Part shown: positions 1 to 9,848 of the stretch, one piece after another
Numbering within the stretch: position 1 is the stretch's first letter
How the letters are laid out: the number at the start of each line of letters is the position of its first letter
Assembly: GCA_964524995.1 (NCBI GenBank)
Contig: CAZGDV010000001.1
Span: 6,221-70,220 of the forward strand
DNA: 64,000 bases
Source: an uncultured Dehalococcoidia bacterium
GTDB lineage: Bacteria > Chloroflexota > Dehalococcoidia > SZUA-161
Reading direction: 5' to 3'
Translations under genes and position numbers: made by a program
The notes under the pieces: generated by a model
Database searches by the model: none
The model's input: the letters and a program-made list of their open reading frames with translations, nothing else
What the model was told of the DNA's origin: nothing

Positions 1-983
1 TTGTCAAGGAATAGCTCGACCGCCACCTCGTCCGCCGCGCTCGCCACAGCCGGGTAGGTGCCACCCTTCCTCCCGGCCTCCATCGCGAGGCGCAGGCAGG
101 GGAATCTCTGCATATCGACTTCCTCGAAGTCCAGGTTGGCAACCTGCCGGAAATCCAGGTCTCTGTGGTAGTCGCTTTGCCACCGCTCAGGGTAGGACAG
201 GGCGTGTTGAATCGGCAGCCTCATGTCCGGCAAGCTCATTTGCGCCTTGATCGACCCGTCAACGAACTCGACCATAGAGTGAATGATGCTCTGCCTGTGA
301 ATGATCACTTCGATCTCGTCATAGGGGACGCCGAACAGCCAATGTGCCTCGATGATCTCCATCCCCTTGTTCATCAACGTAGCCGAGTCGACAGTCACCT
401 TCGAGCCCATCTGCCAGGTGGGATGAGCCAGCGCCTGCTCCGGCGTGACACGCGCCAGTTCCTCCTTCGACCTGCTCCTGAAAGGGCCACCCGATGCCGT
501 CAGAATGAGCCTTCGGATGCCGTTCCCCTCTTCACCGCGCAGGCACTGCCAGATAGCGCTGTGTTCGCTGTCGACAGGGAAGACCTCAACGCCGTGCCTC
601 CGCGCTTCGCCCATGACGATTGCCCCCGCCATGACGAGCACTTCCTTGTTCGCCAATGCGACCTGCTTCTTAGAACGAATCGCAGCCAGTGTTGGTTCCA
701 GACCGGCCTTGCCTGATGTGGCAACCAGCACCAGATCGACTCCCTGACGTGACACCATCTCCACTAGCGAGACGACCTCCACACCCGACGCTCCGGCCAA
801 CCCGCCCTCGGCGGCGCTGCACGCCATCTCCGGCCCAAACTCAGCGATCTGTTTCTCCAGAAGAGTGGTGTTTCTGCCACCGGCCAGGCCTACTACCTGA
901 GCCCGGTCGCGGAACCTTCGCAGAACGTCGAGGGTCTGCTGACCGATCGACCCCGTAGAGCCCAGGATTATGATTCTCTTCAT
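1..983 (-). CDS. dxr: 1-deoxy-D-xylulose 5-phosphate reductoisomerase, N-terminal ~327 aa; gene runs off the left window edge
   Basis: Reverse-strand frame is open from ATG at 983 to position 1. N-terminus MKRIIILGSTGSIGQQTLDV carries the GSTGSIG Rossmann motif typical of DXR. It sits downstream of cdsA/uppS as in the canonical cluster. It is missing from the ORF track only because no stop codon lies inside the window. Confidence 0.8.
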   Translation of the reverse strand, partial: MKRIIILGSTGSIGQQTLDVLRRFRDRAQVVGLAGGRNTTLLEKQIAEFGPEMACSAAEGGLAGASGVEVVSLVEMVSRQGVDLVLVATSGKAGLEPTLAAIRSKKQVALANKEVLVMAGAIVMGEARRHGVEVFPVDSEHSAIWQCLRGEEGNGIRRLILTASGGPFRSRSKEELARVTPEQALAHPTWQMGSKVTVDSATLMNKGMEIIEAHWLFGVPYDEIEVIIHRQSIIHSMVEFVDGSIKAQMSLPDMRLPIQHALSYPERWQSDYHRDLDFRQVANLDFEEVDMQRFPCLRLAMEAGRKGGTYPAVASAADEVAVELFLD

Positions 984-996
984 CGTTATTGGCCAA

Positions 997-1815
997 TCAG
1001 GCTAGATAGTATGCCCAGTAGTATACTACAACTCCAGTGAGCAGAATGCTATCCAGGCGGTCTAGCATCCCACCGTGTCCCGGTATCAGGCCTCCTGCCT
1101 CCTTGACCCCTGATATTCGCTTCAGCTTGGATTCCACAAGGTCCCCAATCTGCGCCGCGACCGCCAACAGCATCCCCAGCACAGCCGCCTGCCAGTAGGG
1201 CATGTCCAGACCGAGCAGAAAGGACAGCAGCACACATCCAGCGGTACCGCCCAACAGCCCCCCCGCGGCTCCCTCCCACGTCTTGCCCGGAGACACGCTT
1301 GGAGCCAACTTGCGCCTGCCCCATGCGCGCCCCACGAAGTACGCGGTCGTATCCACGGCAAACGTGCCGAACAGTGCAAGGAACACCCACTCTCGTCCCT
1401 GGGTGTTCATCAGCAGGACCCAGAAGCAGGCCAGCAGTCCGAGGTAGACGACGCCGAAGGCGTGCCACGCCCAAGGGTTCACCCCCTCCTCTGAAGCGCC
1501 TTGACGCTGAAGAGTCGCACCAACCAGCGAGAACACGATTGCAGACCCAGCTATGGCCGACGCTACGCCCATAAGCACCGTGTTGGAGCTGTAGTCATTG
1601 ACGAAGTGCGCGTTCAGGATGAGGGCGAGCATCCACAACCCACCCAGGATGGGTACACCCGCCCAGATGGGCCGTGATGGCATGGAGCTCAGCTCGCGAT
1701 ACGCGAGCACTGCAACGAGAGAGACAAGGAGCGTGAACCAGGGGGCTTCGAACCAAATAGCCAGAATGAGAAGGGGGATAGCTATTATCGCGCTGAGCAC
1801 TCTATGCCGGAGCAT
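997..1815 (-). CDS. cdsA: phosphatidate cytidylyltransferase (CDP-diglyceride synthase)
   Basis: 272 aa polytopic membrane protein with the CdsA C-terminal signature SPGKTWEG ... KRxxGVKExGxLIPGHGGxLDRxDS; positioned between uppS and dxr. Confidence 0.85.
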   Translation of the reverse strand: MLRHRVLSAIIAIPLLILAIWFEAPWFTLLVSLVAVLAYRELSSMPSRPIWAGVPILGGLWMLALILNAHFVNDYSSNTVLMGVASAIAGSAIVFSLVGATLQRQGASEEGVNPWAWHAFGVVYLGLLACFWVLLMNTQGREWVFLALFGTFAVDTTAYFVGRAWGRRKLAPSVSPGKTWEGAAGGLLGGTAGCVLLSFLLGLDMPYWQAAVLGMLLAVAAQIGDLVESKLKRISGVKEAGGLIPGHGGMLDRLDSILLTGVVVYYWAYYLA

Positions 1816-1836
1816 TCACCGCAAGAGGCCGGGAGC

Positions 1837-2601
1837 TCAATCGGTCGGGCCCGATTCCTCGCCTCCTTCCACTCTCAGTCCACCAAAGCGCCTCTCCCTC
1901 TCGGAGTAGGCAAGGAGAGCCTTCTCTATCTCAGCAGCATCGAAGTCAGGCCACAATGTGGGGGTAGAGTAGTACTCGCTGTAAGCCGACTGCCAGATGA
2001 GGAAGTTGCTGAGACGCATCTCACCACCCGTACGTATGATCAAATCCGGCTCTGGTATGTCCGTGGTGTACAGGTGGCTGCTTATCGTGCTTTCGGTAAT
2101 CGCCTCGGGTGCGATACCCTCCTGGACTATGCGCCGCACCGCCTCGACTATCTCCGCCCGACCCCCATAGTCGAACGCGATGCTGAGATTCAGCCTGGTG
2201 TTGTCCTTCGTCAGGGCTATGGCCTTCTGCACCTTGGCCTGAATCCCAGGTGCCAGGCCCTCGATCCTGCCCAAATGCCGGAGCCGCACTCCCTTGCGAT
2301 GGAGCTCCTTGCTCTCGCGGTCGATGACCTGAGCCAGAATCCCGAACAGGCCGCGCACCTCCGACTCGGGCCGCGCCCAGTTCTCAGTGGAGAAGGCGTA
2401 GAGCGTCAAATAAGGGACTTGATGCTCGGCGAAACACTCGACGACTTTCCTGATATTCTCCGTACCGGAGCGATGACCTCGAATGCGTGGCAGTCCACGC
2501 CGCTTCGCCCACCGACCGTTGCCATCCATGATGATCGCGACATGATCTGGGAGCGGCCATATCTTCCTGACTGCTAGTGTTTCTGGTGACGGCTTGGCCA
2601 A
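1837..2601 (-). CDS. uppS: di-trans,poly-cis-undecaprenyl-diphosphate synthase
   Basis: 254 aa; HVAIIMDGNGRWAKRRGLPR...GHRSG motifs of cis-prenyltransferases; immediately downstream of frr. Confidence 0.9.
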   Translation of the reverse strand: MAKPSPETLAVRKIWPLPDHVAIIMDGNGRWAKRRGLPRIRGHRSGTENIRKVVECFAEHQVPYLTLYAFSTENWARPESEVRGLFGILAQVIDRESKELHRKGVRLRHLGRIEGLAPGIQAKVQKAIALTKDNTRLNLSIAFDYGGRAEIVEAVRRIVQEGIAPEAITESTISSHLYTTDIPEPDLIIRTGGEMRLSNFLIWQSAYSEYYSTPTLWPDFDAAEIEKALLAYSERERRFGGLRVEGGEESGPTD

Positions 2602-2619
2602 CTACCTGTCCCCGGAGGC

Positions 2620-3180
2620 CTAGAACTCCAGCAGCTCAGCCTCCTTATCCTTCGCTACCTTGTCGATCCTCTCGATGAAGCCGTCCGTGATCTGCTGCAA
2701 GCGGTTCTGCGCTCTCCTCTGATCGTCTTCGGACATCTCCTTGCTGTCTTTCATCTGTCGCAGCTTCTCGAGGGCCTCTCGCCTCACATTCCTCACCGAA
2801 ACGCGGCCTTCCTCGATCCTCCTGCGCACCACCTTCACCAGTTGATTACGCCTCTCCTCTGTCAGCTGGGGAATGACCAGTCTTATTACGTTCCCGTCAT
2901 TATTGGGATTCAGGCCGAGATCGGACTTGAGTATGGCCTTCTCTATATTGCCCAGGATCTGCCTTTCCCAAGGCTGGATCACTATGAGTCTAGCCTCAGG
3001 CGTGGAGATACCGGCCACCTGGTTAAGGGGCATCTGCACGCCATGGTAGTCGACCTTCACGTTCTCCACCAGCCCCGGGCTGGCTCGACCAGTTCGAATC
3101 GTTGCGAGTTCATTCCTCAGCACCTCGATGGCCTTCTCCATCTTGGACTCGGCAGTCGACAGAGCATCATCGCCACTCAT
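2620..3180 (-). CDS. frr: ribosome recycling factor
   Basis: 186 aa; full-length RRF-like sequence (..VRTGRASPGLVENVKVDYHG.. and the ..EERRNQLVKVVRR.. helix); pyrH-frr-uppS order. Confidence 0.95.
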   Translation of the reverse strand: MSGDDALSTAESKMEKAIEVLRNELATIRTGRASPGLVENVKVDYHGVQMPLNQVAGISTPEARLIVIQPWERQILGNIEKAILKSDLGLNPNNDGNVIRLVIPQLTEERRNQLVKVVRRRIEEGRVSVRNVRREALEKLRQMKDSKEMSEDDQRRAQNRLQQITDGFIERIDKVAKDKEAELLEF

Positions 3181-3279
3181 GTTCGATCCCCCGTTTCGAG
3201 GTTGTGATCCTCCGGTGGCCTGCAGTCGCCGTGGAAGAGATCAAAGCGCCCCGCTGGCAGGACGCTGGCAAATGCCTGA

Positions 3280-4005
3280 CTAGTTGCCGCTATCGACGCG
3301 CGTGCCGATAGGCTCGCCGTTGATTACCCTCTCGATGCTCCGTGGTGCCTTGAGGTCGAATACAACTATCGGCAGCCCGTTGTCCATGCACAACGAGAGA
3401 GCTGTTGAATCCATCACCTCCAGCCTCTTCTGCAGAGCATCCATATAGGTAATGTGATCGTACTTCCTGGCGTTACTGTTGGCAATAGGATCAGAATCAT
3501 AGACCCCATCTATGTTGTTCTTGGCCATCAGAAGCACATCCGCACCGATCTCCACCGCGCGGAGAGCGGCAGCTGTATCCGTTGTCATGTATGGATTCCC
3601 CGTGCCCCCGGCGAACAGGACCACCCGCCCCTTCTCCAGGTGCCGGATGGCACGACGCCTTATGTAAACTTCGGCGACTGCCTGGACAGCGATAGCACTT
3701 TGAGTTCTCGTGTCGAGCCCGGCCTTCTCAAGGGCATCTTGAAGGGCCAGGGCGTTGATTATCGTGGCCAGCATCCCCGCGTAGTCGGCTGTGGCCCTGT
3801 CCATACCCGCCTCCTCCGCCACCGTGCCCCTCCAGATATTGCCAGCGCCGACCACTATCGCCACCCTCACCCCATCCGCCACTACGGCCTTGACCTGCTG
3901 AGCGATGCCACCCGCTACGGCCCGGTCGATTCCACTCTCGCACCGCCCACCGAGGGCCTCTCCACTGAGCTTGAGCAGAACACACCGGTACTCTGACTCA
4001 GGCAT
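3280..4005 (-). CDS. pyrH: UMP kinase
   Basis: 241 aa; [16 protein letters not shown]-terminal nucleotide-binding motif; amino-acid kinase fold; between tsf and frr. Confidence 0.95.
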   Translation of the reverse strand: MPESEYRCVLLKLSGEALGGRCESGIDRAVAGGIAQQVKAVVADGVRVAIVVGAGNIWRGTVAEEAGMDRATADYAGMLATIINALALQDALEKAGLDTRTQSAIAVQAVAEVYIRRRAIRHLEKGRVVLFAGGTGNPYMTTDTAAALRAVEIGADVLLMAKNNIDGVYDSDPIANSNARKYDHITYMDALQKRLEVMDSTALSLCMDNGLPIVVFDLKAPRSIERVINGEPIGTRVDSGN

Positions 4006-4516
4006 CCTTCCCTTCTACACCCAACTCAAAGCGCGAGAACCTTCTGATCCTGATGTTCTCTCTGACTTTGCCGATGGTCTCCGCAAGCAGGTCGTTGATG
4101 GTCTTTTGAGGATCCTTGATGAAAGGCTGCAGGAGAAGGCAATCCTCCTCCGTTGAATCGTCTCCCTCGGGAATGCCATCGGAATCCAGGTACTTGGGAT
4201 TGGTAGCAGCTACCTGCATCGCTATGTCGTGCGCCAAATCCCTGAACTCCGGTGTGCGCGCCACGAAGTCACTCTCGCAGTTGACCTCAACCAGGGCACC
4301 TATCCGCCCCCCTGTGTGAATGTAGCTCTCCACCAGCCCCTGGTCGGCAGCCCGCTCCTCTTTCTTCTTCGCAATCGCGTGTCCCTTCTCACGAAGCATG
4401 CTCGCGGCTGCCTCAACGTCGCATCCGGTCTCCTGAAGCGCACGCTTGCATTCCATAATCCCGGCGCTGGTGAGCTCCCTGAGCTCCTTGATCGCAGCAG
4501 TTGTTATCTCCATCAA
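3998..4516 (-). CDS. tsf: translation elongation factor Ts (short form)
   Basis: 172 aa; N-terminal UBA-like [24 protein letters not shown] motif; overlaps pyrH start by 8 nt and follows rpsB. Confidence 0.9.
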   Translation of the reverse strand: MMEITTAAIKELRELTSAGIMECKRALQETGCDVEAAASMLREKGHAIAKKKEERAADQGLVESYIHTGGRIGALVEVNCESDFVARTPEFRDLAHDIAMQVAATNPKYLDSDGIPEGDDSTEEDCLLLQPFIKDPQKTINDLLAETIGKVRENIRIRRFSRFELGVEGKDA

Positions 4517-5325
4517 TGTGTCTCCTGGCTCTCTTCTTCGGCAGGCGCTGCTTCGGCTTCCTCGGGTTCGAATGTGGCCTCGTATACACCCGCCATAGCC
4601 AACTCCTCGTCCGTGAGGTCCTTGTCCGCAAGGGCTTCGAGGGCCTGCCTGCCCTCCAGCACAGCATCAGCGATGACCGAGCAGAACAGCGCCACGGCCC
4701 GTATGGCATCATCGTTTCCAGGGATCGGGTAGTCTATCTCATCAGGATCACAATTCGTGTCAACAATGCCGACGATTGGTACCCCAACCCGCTTGGCCTC
4801 GTTCGTAGCGTTCCTCTCCTTGGTAGGATCGATCACGAAGAGCGCCCCCGGTATCCTTGTCATCTCCTTCACCCCACCCAGGAGCCGGTTCAGGTGCCCT
4901 ATCTCCTTGTTGATCTTGAGTGCCTCTTTCTTGGGCAACCGGTCCAGCTCTCCCCGCGCCTTGCGATCCTCGAGCCGCACCAGATGATCGATGCGCGATT
5001 GGATAGTGCTGAAGTTAGTCATCATTCCACCCAACCACCGCTGGTTCACAAAGAACATGCCGCAGCGCCTGGCTTCCTGCTCGATAGCGTCCTGAGCCTG
5101 CTTCTTGGTGCCCACGAATATGATGTCCTGGCCGCTCTCGGTTATTTCTCGCACGAAGTCGCAGGCCTTGCCAAGCAGCACCACGGTCTGCTCAAGGTCG
5201 ATAATGTGGATGCCGTTGCGCTGGCTGAATATGTACCTCTTCATCTTCGGGTTCCAGCGCGATACCTGATGTCCGAAATGAACACCCGCTTCGAGAAGCA
5301 GCTTCATCGATATGGGCTCTGCCAT
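4513..5325 (-). CDS. rpsB: 30S ribosomal protein S2 with acidic C-terminal tail
   Basis: 270 aa; [22 protein letters not shown] S2 N-terminus; 4-nt overlap (ATGA) with tsf; AGGAGG-like RBS upstream at ~5331. Confidence 0.95.
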   Translation of the reverse strand: MAEPISMKLLLEAGVHFGHQVSRWNPKMKRYIFSQRNGIHIIDLEQTVVLLGKACDFVREITESGQDIIFVGTKKQAQDAIEQEARRCGMFFVNQRWLGGMMTNFSTIQSRIDHLVRLEDRKARGELDRLPKKEALKINKEIGHLNRLLGGVKEMTRIPGALFVIDPTKERNATNEAKRVGVPIVGIVDTNCDPDEIDYPIPGNDDAIRAVALFCSVIADAVLEGRQALEALADKDLTDEELAMAGVYEATFEPEEAEAAPAEEESQETH

Positions 5326-5561
5326 CTTGGTAACCTCTACCCCCTCCTAAGTGCACAGCCTAGCCGGGCGTAACATAAAGCTATCCCACCCTCGGCCGCA
5401 CCCACGTTTGGCCGGAAGACAGTTTAGCATAGCACCCTCCAAAACACAATAGCTACAGCGCACTGCACGAAGCAGCATTGGCCAAGCTGCACCCGCCGGC
5501 CATCGTCCTCCCGCAGGGTCCAGCCAGTGCTGCGGGGAAGCTACACCCTACCTCACTCGCC

Positions 5562-5590
5562 TTGACAAACGAAGCCATGCGTGATAGATT
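5562..5590 (+). promoter_or_regulatory. sigma70-like promoter (TTGACA-17-TAGATT) upstream of the fmdB-like gene
   Basis: TTGACA at 5562-5567 and TAGATT at 5585-5590 with an exact 17-nt spacer, about 85 nt upstream of the TTG start at 5678. Confidence 0.4.
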
Positions 5591-5677
5591 CGAGTCGTTA
5601 GCACTCTCTCCAGATGACTGCTAGCGAGTCTTACAGGACGACCTCCGTGCCGAGGCGTCTTTTCTTTGAGGTGTGAC

Positions 5678-5968
5678 TTGCCGATATACGAGTACGAGTG
5701 CAACAGCTGCCACACCAGGTTCGAGAGAAGGCAAGGGTTTCACGAGGAGCCGGTGGCCATGTGTCCAGAGTGCGCCAGCAAGGCCAGGCGGGTGATCCAT
5801 TCCGTGCCGGTGTTGTTCAAGGGCAGTGGCTTCTATTGCACAGACCATGGCCGAGGATCCGCAAGCTCGGCCAGCCGTAAGGAAGAAGCCCCAGAATCCA
5901 AACCTGCTGCGGACTCGAAGGCAGACGCTGACGCCGGGGGCAAAGCGACGGAGACTGCCGACGTCTAG
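5678..5968 (+). CDS. FmdB-family zinc-ribbon protein with low-complexity acidic/Ala-rich tail
   Basis: Begins (M)PIYEYECNSCHTRFE...CPECAS...FKGSGFY, the FmdB/CxxC-x17-CxxC zinc-ribbon family signature. Start moved from the track's 5666 to the in-frame TTG at 5678, which gives the canonical MPIYEY N-terminus. Confidence 0.7.
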   Translation: MPIYEYECNSCHTRFERRQGFHEEPVAMCPECASKARRVIHSVPVLFKGSGFYCTDHGRGSASSASRKEEAPESKPAADSKADADAGGKATETADV

Positions 5969-5982
5969 TCCAGGGAACACCG

Positions 5983-6451
5983 TTGAGAGCCGTCATTCAA
6001 CGAGTTACCGGGGCATCCGTCACCGTTGATGATAGAACCGTTGCCGAGATCGCCAAGGGCCTCGTCGTACTCGTTGGAGTGGGTGACGGTGACTCAGAGG
6101 ACGACGCCCGCTACCTCGCCGACAAGATAGCCAACCTCCGTATCTTCGCAGACGAAGCAGAGCGATTCAATCTCTCAGCGCTCGATGCTAGTGCCCCAGT
6201 ACTCGTCGTGAGCCAGTTCACGCTGCTGGCTGATACGCGAAAGGGCCGCCGACCCAGCTTCAGTCGCGCGGCGCCGCCCGATGTCGCCGAACCCCTCATC
6301 GAGCAGTTTCGTCGCCTACTTACGGGAAACGGGCCTGACGGTGGAGACAGGGCGTTTCCAGCAACACATGCTCGTCCGCATCAACAACGATGGCCCGGTG
6401 ACGATCATCATCGACAGCGAGGACAGGCAGAGGCCAAGACGACAGGCATAA
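5983..6451 (+). CDS. dtd: D-aminoacyl-tRNA deacylase, interrupted by an apparent +1 frameshift at ~6307-6310
   Basis: Frame 1 from 5983 encodes [15 protein letters not shown]...[34 protein letters not shown], a near-perfect Dtd. After the T-run at 6307-6309 the Dtd C-terminus [40 protein letters not shown] continues in the +1 frame and stops at 6449-6451. The track ORF instead reads through in the wrong frame to 6510. Confidence 0.75.
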
Positions 6452-6484
6452 CGACGCTCGGCGCTTTCGACACACCCAACTCAG

Positions 6485-7351
6485 TCACAGGACCTCGAGT
6501 TCCAGGCTGATGTCAACGGCGCAAGCCGAGTGAGTTATCGCGCCGATCGATATCAGGTCAACACCGGCCTCGGCGATTGTCCGCACGTTGAGAAGGCTCA
6601 CACCACCCGACGCCTCGAGTATCACCCTACCCCCCGCCAGCTCGACCACTCTCTGTATATCCTCCAGGCCCATGTTGTCCAGCATAACAATGTCCGCCCT
6701 CCCGGCGATGGCCTCGAGAGCCTGTTCTACGCTCTGTGCCTCGACCTCGATCTTCGCCGTATGCGGGCTTCGTTCTCTGACCTTTCCGAGGGCCTCGCTC
6801 AGCGGTGTACCCGCTGCTCGTAGCAGGGTCAGGTGATTGTCCTTGATCAGCGCAGCATCGCCAAGGCTGCTCCGATGGTTCCGGCCTCCGCCGACTCGCA
6901 CGGCGTACTTCTCCAACACCCTCATCCCAGGCGTGGTCTTCCTGGTGTCCGTGATAATGGCACCGGTGCCAGCCACGGCCGCAACGTAGCGGGCTGTCTC
7001 CGTAGCCACGCCACTCAGTCTCTGCAGGAAGTTGAGAGCCGTCCGCTCCCCCCTCAGAATGCTGGCCGCCGATCCTTCGATTCGGGCAAGCTCGTCGCCG
7101 GCGCGCACCCGTGTCCCATCCGCGCTTACCAGCTCGAGGCTGAGAGCAGGGTCCACCCTCTCGAAGACCAGGAGAGCTACCCCAAGCCCGGCAATCAAGC
7201 CCTCACCTTTTGATATCAGATGTGCTCTCGCCGCCACGCCGGGTCCGACGAGTGTGTCCGTCGTCATGTCGCCCCATGACAGGTCCTCCGCCAGGGCGGA
7301 ATCGACAACGGCACGTGCGTGTCTCCAGACTTCCGTGGAGCTGTTGCTCAT
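6485..7351 (-). CDS. nadC: nicotinate-nucleotide pyrophosphorylase (quinolinate phosphoribosyltransferase)
   Basis: 288 aa; full-length QPRTase-like sequence including the glycine-rich C-terminal region ..VILEASGGVSL..GVDLISIGAITHS; same strand as nadA/nadB. Confidence 0.9.
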   Translation of the reverse strand: MSNSSTEVWRHARAVVDSALAEDLSWGDMTTDTLVGPGVAARAHLISKGEGLIAGLGVALLVFERVDPALSLELVSADGTRVRAGDELARIEGSAASILRGERTALNFLQRLSGVATETARYVAAVAGTGAIITDTRKTTPGMRVLEKYAVRVGGGRNHRSSLGDAALIKDNHLTLLRAAGTPLSEALGKVRERSPHTAKIEVEAQSVEQALEAIAGRADIVMLDNMGLEDIQRVVELAGGRVILEASGGVSLLNVRTIAEAGVDLISIGAITHSACAVDISLELEVL

Positions 7352-7409
7352 TCTCTCTTGCCTCTACATTCACTGTTTTTGATTCGACCAAAGGGCTGCA
7401 CCGCAGCAT

Positions 7410-8915
7410 CTACGCAACGTTGGTGGCAAACCTCTTGCCATCTCTCTTGCAGAGCAGTTGAGCCACATGCTGACCGGAGTACAACACCGAGTTCACGCCC
7501 CCACCCATCGCCCACTGCCCCGCGAGATAGAAGTTGGCCAAGCCGGGCAGGGTCCTCTCGAACCGAGCCTTGACCGTCTCCGGGGTCAACACCCAGCCCA
7601 TGTACGATGCCCTGTAGTTCAACGTGTAACGCCAGATCGTGTATGGCGTGGCGACATCCGTCATCTCCACCTGCGACGAGATGCCCGGGTAGTGCGTCTC
7701 CAGACGCTTCAGCACCTCACTGGCTACACGTTCCTTCTCCGCATCATAGAGTCTCCTGTCGCGAGCCTGAAGCTCATTCCAGTAGTCCCACTCAGTCTCA
7801 AACTCGACCTGCATAACCGTCTTGCCCGGTGCCGCGAAATCGGGGCCGTAGCTCATGTTTCGAAGAAGCAGTCCGGTTACAGACTCGCCGCCGACCGTTA
7901 TCGGCTCGCGCAGCTTGATCCCGGTGAACGGCGGATCACCCGGGAACTCGCGCGCCACGCCGTACGTAACGATAACATACGGCCTGTAAAGCGGCCAAGT
8001 TTCGTAGCGCCTCCTCATCTCATCGCTCAGATACTTCCCACCGAGCATTCCGTACACCGTGCTGTGCCCATCGGCGGCTGAGACGACCGTACCAGCGCAG
8101 CGCTCCGTGCCATCGCCCAACTGGACTCCCACCGCCGTATCGTTCTCCACCAGCACTCGCTCCACCTTTGCCTTGTATGTAACCTCGCCGCCCAGCTCCT
8201 TGAACCGCCTCTCGATAGCGAGTACGAAATCCAGGCAGCCGCGCTTGAGCAGCCCTATCTGTCCATCGGCCACAAGCGCCAGCAGCATACACACGAACCA
8301 CACCGGCACCTCGGGGAGGAAGAGCCCTTGAAGGAACTCACGCAACCACGGGTCCCGCACTACACTGACATACTCATCGACGGACTTGGACATCTTGCCG
8401 GCATACAGCCTGAGCATCCGCCGCATCTTCCAGATAGTTATCACCTGGTCGAACCAACCCGTCAGCTCGGGAGGCTTGGACAGGCCCATCTCGCTCATAT
8501 CCACGCCCTTCATGGTCCTAGCGCCCTTGATGATCTCGGTTATCACGCCCGTGTCCTGCGGAGCGAACGCACCCAAGTCCCGCGCCAAAGCATCGAGGTC
8601 GCCGGTGACGTCCACGCAGCGTCCGGTGATCTCATCTACATAACGCCCGTATGTTGGCAGGTCTACGAATCTGCCGTCGCCGGCTGCACCAAGCTCGCGA
8701 TACACTTCATACAGACCCGTTCCCGGCCTGTGGCCCATGATGAAGTGGATTCCCCCATCGATGAGAAAACCCTTCCGCTTCCAGCAGGCTGCCACGCCCC
8801 CTGGTACACTATGATGCTCGAAGATGTGACTCTTGTACCCGTTCATCTGCAGGTAGCAGCCCGCAGCGAGGCCCCCCAGTCCGGCACCGATTACGATCAC
8901 AGAGTCGTCTTTCAT
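7410..8915 (-). CDS. FAD/NAD(P)-binding oxidoreductase, phytoene-desaturase (CrtI)-like family
   Basis: 501 aa; N-terminal dinucleotide-binding VIVIGAGLGGLAAG...E...PGG motif and overall amine-oxidase/CrtI-like architecture; 4-nt overlap with the upstream flavodoxin gene. Confidence 0.75.
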   Translation of the reverse strand: MKDDSVIVIGAGLGGLAAGCYLQMNGYKSHIFEHHSVPGGVAACWKRKGFLIDGGIHFIMGHRPGTGLYEVYRELGAAGDGRFVDLPTYGRYVDEITGRCVDVTGDLDALARDLGAFAPQDTGVITEIIKGARTMKGVDMSEMGLSKPPELTGWFDQVITIWKMRRMLRLYAGKMSKSVDEYVSVVRDPWLREFLQGLFLPEVPVWFVCMLLALVADGQIGLLKRGCLDFVLAIERRFKELGGEVTYKAKVERVLVENDTAVGVQLGDGTERCAGTVVSAADGHSTVYGMLGGKYLSDEMRRRYETWPLYRPYVIVTYGVAREFPGDPPFTGIKLREPITVGGESVTGLLLRNMSYGPDFAAPGKTVMQVEFETEWDYWNELQARDRRLYDAEKERVASEVLKRLETHYPGISSQVEMTDVATPYTIWRYTLNYRASYMGWVLTPETVKARFERTLPGLANFYLAGQWAMGGGVNSVLYSGQHVAQLLCKRDGKRFATNVA

Positions 8916-9784
8916 GTCCGTCTTCCGGGCCTCAGCGGCGCCCAGGTCTTCGGACCAACACGCTCATAGTCAATGGACGAGTCCCGCGAGGCACATCGTG
9001 CGTTGTACTTCGCGATGGGGCGAAACAGCCGCCAGCTCGCCGGGGAAGTGATCGCCCTGGTGGGACATTTCATCTCGCAGGTAAGGCACAGCAGGCAGTT
9101 GCGCCCCCACCTCAGCCCCCCATCTCCAGCCATCGAGATGTTGCCCGTCGGGCACTGCTCAACACAAAGCCCGCAGGAGTTGCACAAATTCTTGTCCACC
9201 CGGAACAGCCGACTGTAGACGTTCGTGGCCAGCCAGCGGTTCGTCACCAGTCTCTCGATCCGGTACACGAGCGGCGCGTCAGCATCGTCATCCGACCCCG
9301 CGAAGCCACCCACCCCGGCCTGAACCGCGACTTCACGCCCGAAGGCCTCCGCCCCAGCCAACTCAGCCTCACTCGGGTGCCCCGGCGAGAACACATAACC
9401 CTCATTCAAGTAGCCCACCCACAGGTCTATGCCATAGCTTCGGAAGCCCCCGATGACTCTCGCCCCCTTGTCACTCAGCGCATGACGGACCACTCGGCCG
9501 GTTTCCCAGGCATAGGTCCCGTGCAGCAGGAACACGAAGGCCGGAAGTCCGTGGAGCTCGCCCAAGTTGCTCAAGAAGTCACTGACTATAAACGGCGGGC
9601 GGTAGTAGTAAACCGGCGTGCCAATGCCGAGCATGTCATAGCCGTCGACTTGCGGCCTGCCTCCCCGTCCGAGGCGACTCAGCTCCACCGAGTACCCTTC
9701 CCCCCGCAGACCACCAGCTATGCGCTCCGCTACCTGCGCCGTCGTCCCGCCCTGCGAGAAGTACACAATGAGGCATTTCGCCAT
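8912..9784 (-). CDS. flavodoxin-like domain fused to a 2x[4Fe-4S] ferredoxin domain
   Basis: From ATG at 9784 (GGAGGA RBS 6 nt upstream): MAKCLIVYFSQGGTTAQVAERIAGGL flavodoxin N-terminus. C-terminal CNSCGLCVEQCP and CLLCLTCEMKCP ferredoxin motifs. The track's longer start at 9937 would overlap the cytochrome gene and lacks an RBS. Confidence 0.75.
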   Translation of the reverse strand: MAKCLIVYFSQGGTTAQVAERIAGGLRGEGYSVELSRLGRGGRPQVDGYDMLGIGTPVYYYRPPFIVSDFLSNLGELHGLPAFVFLLHGTYAWETGRVVRHALSDKGARVIGGFRSYGIDLWVGYLNEGYVFSPGHPSEAELAGAEAFGREVAVQAGVGGFAGSDDDADAPLVYRIERLVTNRWLATNVYSRLFRVDKNLCNSCGLCVEQCPTGNISMAGDGGLRWGRNCLLCLTCEMKCPTRAITSPASWRLFRPIAKYNARCASRDSSIDYERVGPKTWAPLRPGRRT

Positions 9785-9848
9785 CGTACTATCCTCCGGA
9801 CAGAGTGGCGAGGATACTAGGTGAAACGGTTTCCCTCTCGCGCTACCA

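Noticed and set aside
165-958. Several + strand ORFs (165-716, 445-747, 689-958) inside the dxr region
   Set aside because: The reverse strand encodes an unmistakable DXR; these are antisense artefacts with low-complexity translations.
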